Below are positions 61,276-64,000 of a stretch of DNA of 64,000 bases, one piece after another. The notes below the pieces were generated by a model that saw only the letters and a list, made by a program, of their open reading frames with translations, was not told the origin of the DNA and made no database searches. The stretch comes from an uncultured Alphaproteobacteria bacterium (GTDB taxonomy: Bacteria; Pseudomonadota; Alphaproteobacteria; HIMB59; GCA-002718135), in NCBI GenBank assembly GCA_902569865.1, contig CACFVT010000002.1:4638-68637 (forward strand), read 5' to 3'. How positions within the stretch are numbered: position 1 is the first letter of the stretch; each line of letters begins with the position of its first letter. Position numbers and translations under genes: made by a program.

Positions 61276-62778
61276 ATGGCGCAAAAACTTTTTCTTGGTA
61301 TTGATATTGGCACTTACGAAACAAAGGGTGTGTTGGTTGATAATGTCGGTAACATTATTTCTCAAGCAGCAAAAAAACATGAAATGATAGTGCCCCAAAG
61401 TGGTTGGGCAGAGCACAGACCTATGGAAGATTGGTGGGGTGATTTCACTTATGTGTCAAAAAAATTAATAGAACAGTCAAAATGTAATCCTAAAGATATT
61501 TTGGCAGTTTCTGCCAGTACAATTGGACCTTGTATGTTGCCATTAGATAAAAATGGTGAACCTCTAATGAATGCAGTTCTATATGGGGTAGATACAAGAG
61601 CACATAAAGAAATTGATTTATTGAATTCTTCAATTGGTGAAGAAAAAATAATGCAATTTAATGGTAACGTTTTAACTTCTCAACAAGTAGGTCCAAAAAT
61701 TTTATGGTTAAAAAATAATAGACCTGAAATTTATGCTAAAACAAATAAAATAGTTAATGGTACTGGTTTTATTAATTTTAAATTAACTGGCAGATATACT
61801 ACTGATCATTTTTCCGCTGCATTTGTTAGCCCGCTTTACGATATAAACAAACAAGCTTGGAGCAATGAATTAAATGATGGAATAATCGATATAGAAAAAC
61901 TTGCAGATTTGGTTTGGACTAATGAAATTATCGGAAAAATAACTAGCACAGCCTCAAATGAAACAGGCTTAGCAGAAGGTACTATAGTTACGTCTGGCAC
62001 AATTGATGCAGCAGCTGAAGCAATTAGTGTTGGTGTAATTGGAACAGGTGATATGATGATGATGTATGGTTCTACAATGTTCTATATATTAGTTACTGAT
62101 AAAGTCTTGTCGGATAAAAGGTTATGGTATTCACCTTGGTTATTTAAAGGAGAACATTCCTCTATGGGTGGTTTAGCAACAAGTGGAACGTTAACACATT
62201 GGTTTAAAAATAATTTTGCACAAGAACTAACAGGTGATGATACATTTATTAGATTAGCTCAAGAGGCTGAAAAATCTCCACCAGGATCAAAAGGCATAGT
62301 ATTTCTTCCATATTTTTCAGGTGAGCGAACTCCTATACATGATACAAATGCTAAAGGTACTTTTTTTGGTTTAGATTTAACCCATGATAGATCTGATATG
62401 TACAGATCAATATTTGAAGGTATTGCATATGGCACAAATCATGTAATTGATGTGTATAAAGAATTAAATGCTATTCCAAAGAATTTATTTAGTGTGGGAG
62501 GAGGAACTAAAAATAAAGTTTGGTCACACACAACATCAGATGTTATTGGATTAAATCAAACTTTAAGAAAAAAAACAATTGGCGCCTCATATGGTGATGC
62601 TTTTCTGTCAGCTTGTACAGTAGGAGAAGTTCATAAGGACGATATTAATAAATGGAATGAAGTAGAATATCAAATTGAAGCTAATCTTCAAAATCAAGAA
62701 GTTTATAGCAAGGGTTATGAAGTTTATAGAGAACTATATGAGAGTACCAAACACTTAATGAAAAAATTAAATACCTAA
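61276..62778 (+). CDS. FGGY-family carbohydrate kinase (xylulokinase-like)
   Basis: Contains FLGIDIGTYETKGVL, GWAEH, PYFSGERTP and VGGGTKNKVW. Confidence 0.8.
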   Translation: MAQKLFLGIDIGTYETKGVLVDNVGNIISQAAKKHEMIVPQSGWAEHRPMEDWWGDFTYVSKKLIEQSKCNPKDILAVSASTIGPCMLPLDKNGEPLMNAVLYGVDTRAHKEIDLLNSSIGEEKIMQFNGNVLTSQQVGPKILWLKNNRPEIYAKTNKIVNGTGFINFKLTGRYTTDHFSAAFVSPLYDINKQAWSNELNDGIIDIEKLADLVWTNEIIGKITSTASNETGLAEGTIVTSGTIDAAAEAISVGVIGTGDMMMMYGSTMFYILVTDKVLSDKRLWYSPWLFKGEHSSMGGLATSGTLTHWFKNNFAQELTGDDTFIRLAQEAEKSPPGSKGIVFLPYFSGERTPIHDTNAKGTFFGLDLTHDRSDMYRSIFEGIAYGTNHVIDVYKELNAIPKNLFSVGGGTKNKVWSHTTSDVIGLNQTLRKKTIGASYGDAFLSACTVGEVHKDDINKWNEVEYQIEANLQNQEVYSKGYEVYRELYESTKHLMKKLNT

Positions 62779-63650
62779 CCTTTAATAGCTCCTGCCGCCA
62801 TTCCTTTAACAATATATCTCTCTAAAAAAATTGCTACTATGATTAATGGCAAGCATAAAGCAGCAGAAATAGCAGCCATATTCCACCATTTAATACTTTG
62901 AGAGGAAATTTGAGAGGCAACCATCACTGGCATAGTTTTGGCGTCTGTACTGGTTATAAGAGCAGCTAAAAAATATTCATTCCAACATAATATTAAGCAC
63001 AATATAAATGCACTTGCAATTCCAGGTAAAACTATTGGTAAAACAATTTTAAAAAAGCTCATCCATACACTCGCTCCATCAACTAAAGCTGCCTCTTCTA
63101 ATTCAATAGGAACAGCATTAAACTGATCTCTCATTATCCAAATAACTATTGGTAAAACTGTCAAAGTATAAATCAATATCATGCCAATATGAGTATCGAG
63201 TAAATCAAGCTCCCTATAAAGAACCAATACAGGTAAAGCTAAAACTACGGGTGGTAAAATTAATTGTGATAAGAAGAAAAATGAAATGTCAGGATTTCTC
63301 ATAAAACCAAATTTATAATTAAATCGACTTAAGCCATATGCAGCAAATGAACCAAGTATTACAGCTAATGCAGAAGCACTTGCCGAAATAAAAGCTGTAT
63401 TGAAAAAACGTGCTAAAAACTCCTCTCTTGGATTAGACTCAACAAATAAAGTGTCGGGAGAAAATCCGAGATTTCGCCAACCTTTCCAGGATGGCTCAAA
63501 ATCTATCCAAGGAATTAACAAACCTTGAGTAACACTCGCAGCTGTTTTAAAAGATGTAGTCGCTGTCCAATAGATTGGAAATAAACAAATAAAAGTCCAC
63601 AATAAAAGAATTCCGTATATTATTATTTTTTCACTTAAATTATTTTTCAT
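62775..63650 (-). CDS. ABC sugar transporter permease (MalG/UgpE-like)
   Basis: Six-transmembrane pattern with the EAA loop PIELEEAALVDGAS. Start chosen at MKNNLSEK (TAATG overlap with the upstream permease). A longer ORF starts at 63671. Confidence 0.8.
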   Translation of the reverse strand: MKNNLSEKIIIYGILLLWTFICLFPIYWTATTSFKTAASVTQGLLIPWIDFEPSWKGWRNLGFSPDTLFVESNPREEFLARFFNTAFISASASALAVILGSFAAYGLSRFNYKFGFMRNPDISFFFLSQLILPPVVLALPVLVLYRELDLLDTHIGMILIYTLTVLPIVIWIMRDQFNAVPIELEEAALVDGASVWMSFFKIVLPIVLPGIASAFILCLILCWNEYFLAALITSTDAKTMPVMVASQISSQSIKWWNMAAISAALCLPLIIVAIFLERYIVKGMAAGAIKG

Positions 63651-64000
63651 TATGAAGCTCGCTGTAACCATCGATTAACAAATCGAATGAGGACGGTCAT
63701 AAGAATGACTATAAAAATCAAATAAACAAAAGATAGTAATGTGCCGTAACCAACATTTGATCTATCCCTATATTCTCTTACGATAAAACTTGTTACACTA
63801 TCAGTGGCACCACCAGGACCACCAGCAGTTACTATGATTATTATATCTGCAAGTTTTAATTTAAATATAATTCGAATAACTAATGTTGTTAAAGATACTG
63901 GAAGCATTATTGGAAAAATTATATTTTTAAATAGAGCCCACTTATTAGCCCCATCTACTTTAGCAGCTTCCAGAACTTCTTTTGGTAATGCTTGAAGACC
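63650..64000 (-). CDS. ABC sugar transporter permease (MalF/UgpA-like), 5'-partial
   Basis: The frame stays open to the window edge: GLQALPKEVLEAAKVDGANKWALFKNIIFPIMLPV... (EAA loop), followed by the C-terminal transmembrane helices. Confidence 0.8.
   Translation of the reverse strand, partial: GLQALPKEVLEAAKVDGANKWALFKNIIFPIMLPVSLTTLVIRIIFKLKLADIIIIVTAGGPGGATDSVTSFIVREYRDRSNVGYGTLLSFVYLIFIVILMTVLIRFVNRWLQRAS

Overview
Very AT-rich, tightly packed alphaproteobacterial chromosome segment that looks like SAR11/Pelagibacterales. This taxon call is an inference from the two-piece tmRNA with an ANDN-type tag, the long FtsZ linker, minimal spacers and frequent start/stop overlaps. No database search was possible.

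Gene content, left to right:
- Partial AmpD-like amidase and RNase P RNA.
- Complete dcw cluster: mraZ-rsmH-ftsL-ftsI-murE-murF-mraY-murD-ftsW-murG-murC-murB-ddl-ftsQ-ftsA-ftsZ, then lpxC.
- fumC, gpmA, sspB, a dimethylglycine/sarcosine-dehydrogenase-family enzyme, and DedA-like and GFA-family proteins.
- A small accessory patch (about 25.9-28.8 kb) of orphan genes ending at a permuted two-piece tmRNA gene.
- folA-thyA and mrp/apbC.
- A long co-directional block: hflKC-yjeT-degP-miaA-ilvBN-ilvC-leuA-mreBCD-mrdA-rodA-livGFHM, with a convergent livJ-like binding protein.
- lhgO-like, gpsA, DERA-type deoC and a double-domain aldehyde dehydrogenase.
- An uncharacterised sugar cluster (fucU/rbsD, split transketolase, BtpA/SgcQ, M42/SgcX, FGGY kinase) facing ABC sugar permeases.

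Main observations:
1. The 3' end of ssrA occurs three times in direct orientation and partitions the adjacent DNA into single-gene cassettes, with no integrase in the window.
2. A 20-bp bipartite direct repeat brackets the 309-aa orphan gene.
3. ftsI and murF both need a +1 correction in poly(A) runs.
4. Four phased CCCAT/ATGGG repeats upstream of mraZ are a likely MraZ operator.
5. folA-thyA has a T4 frd-td-like arrangement beside ssrA.

I recognised no CRISPR array, transposase, integrase or known defence genes.
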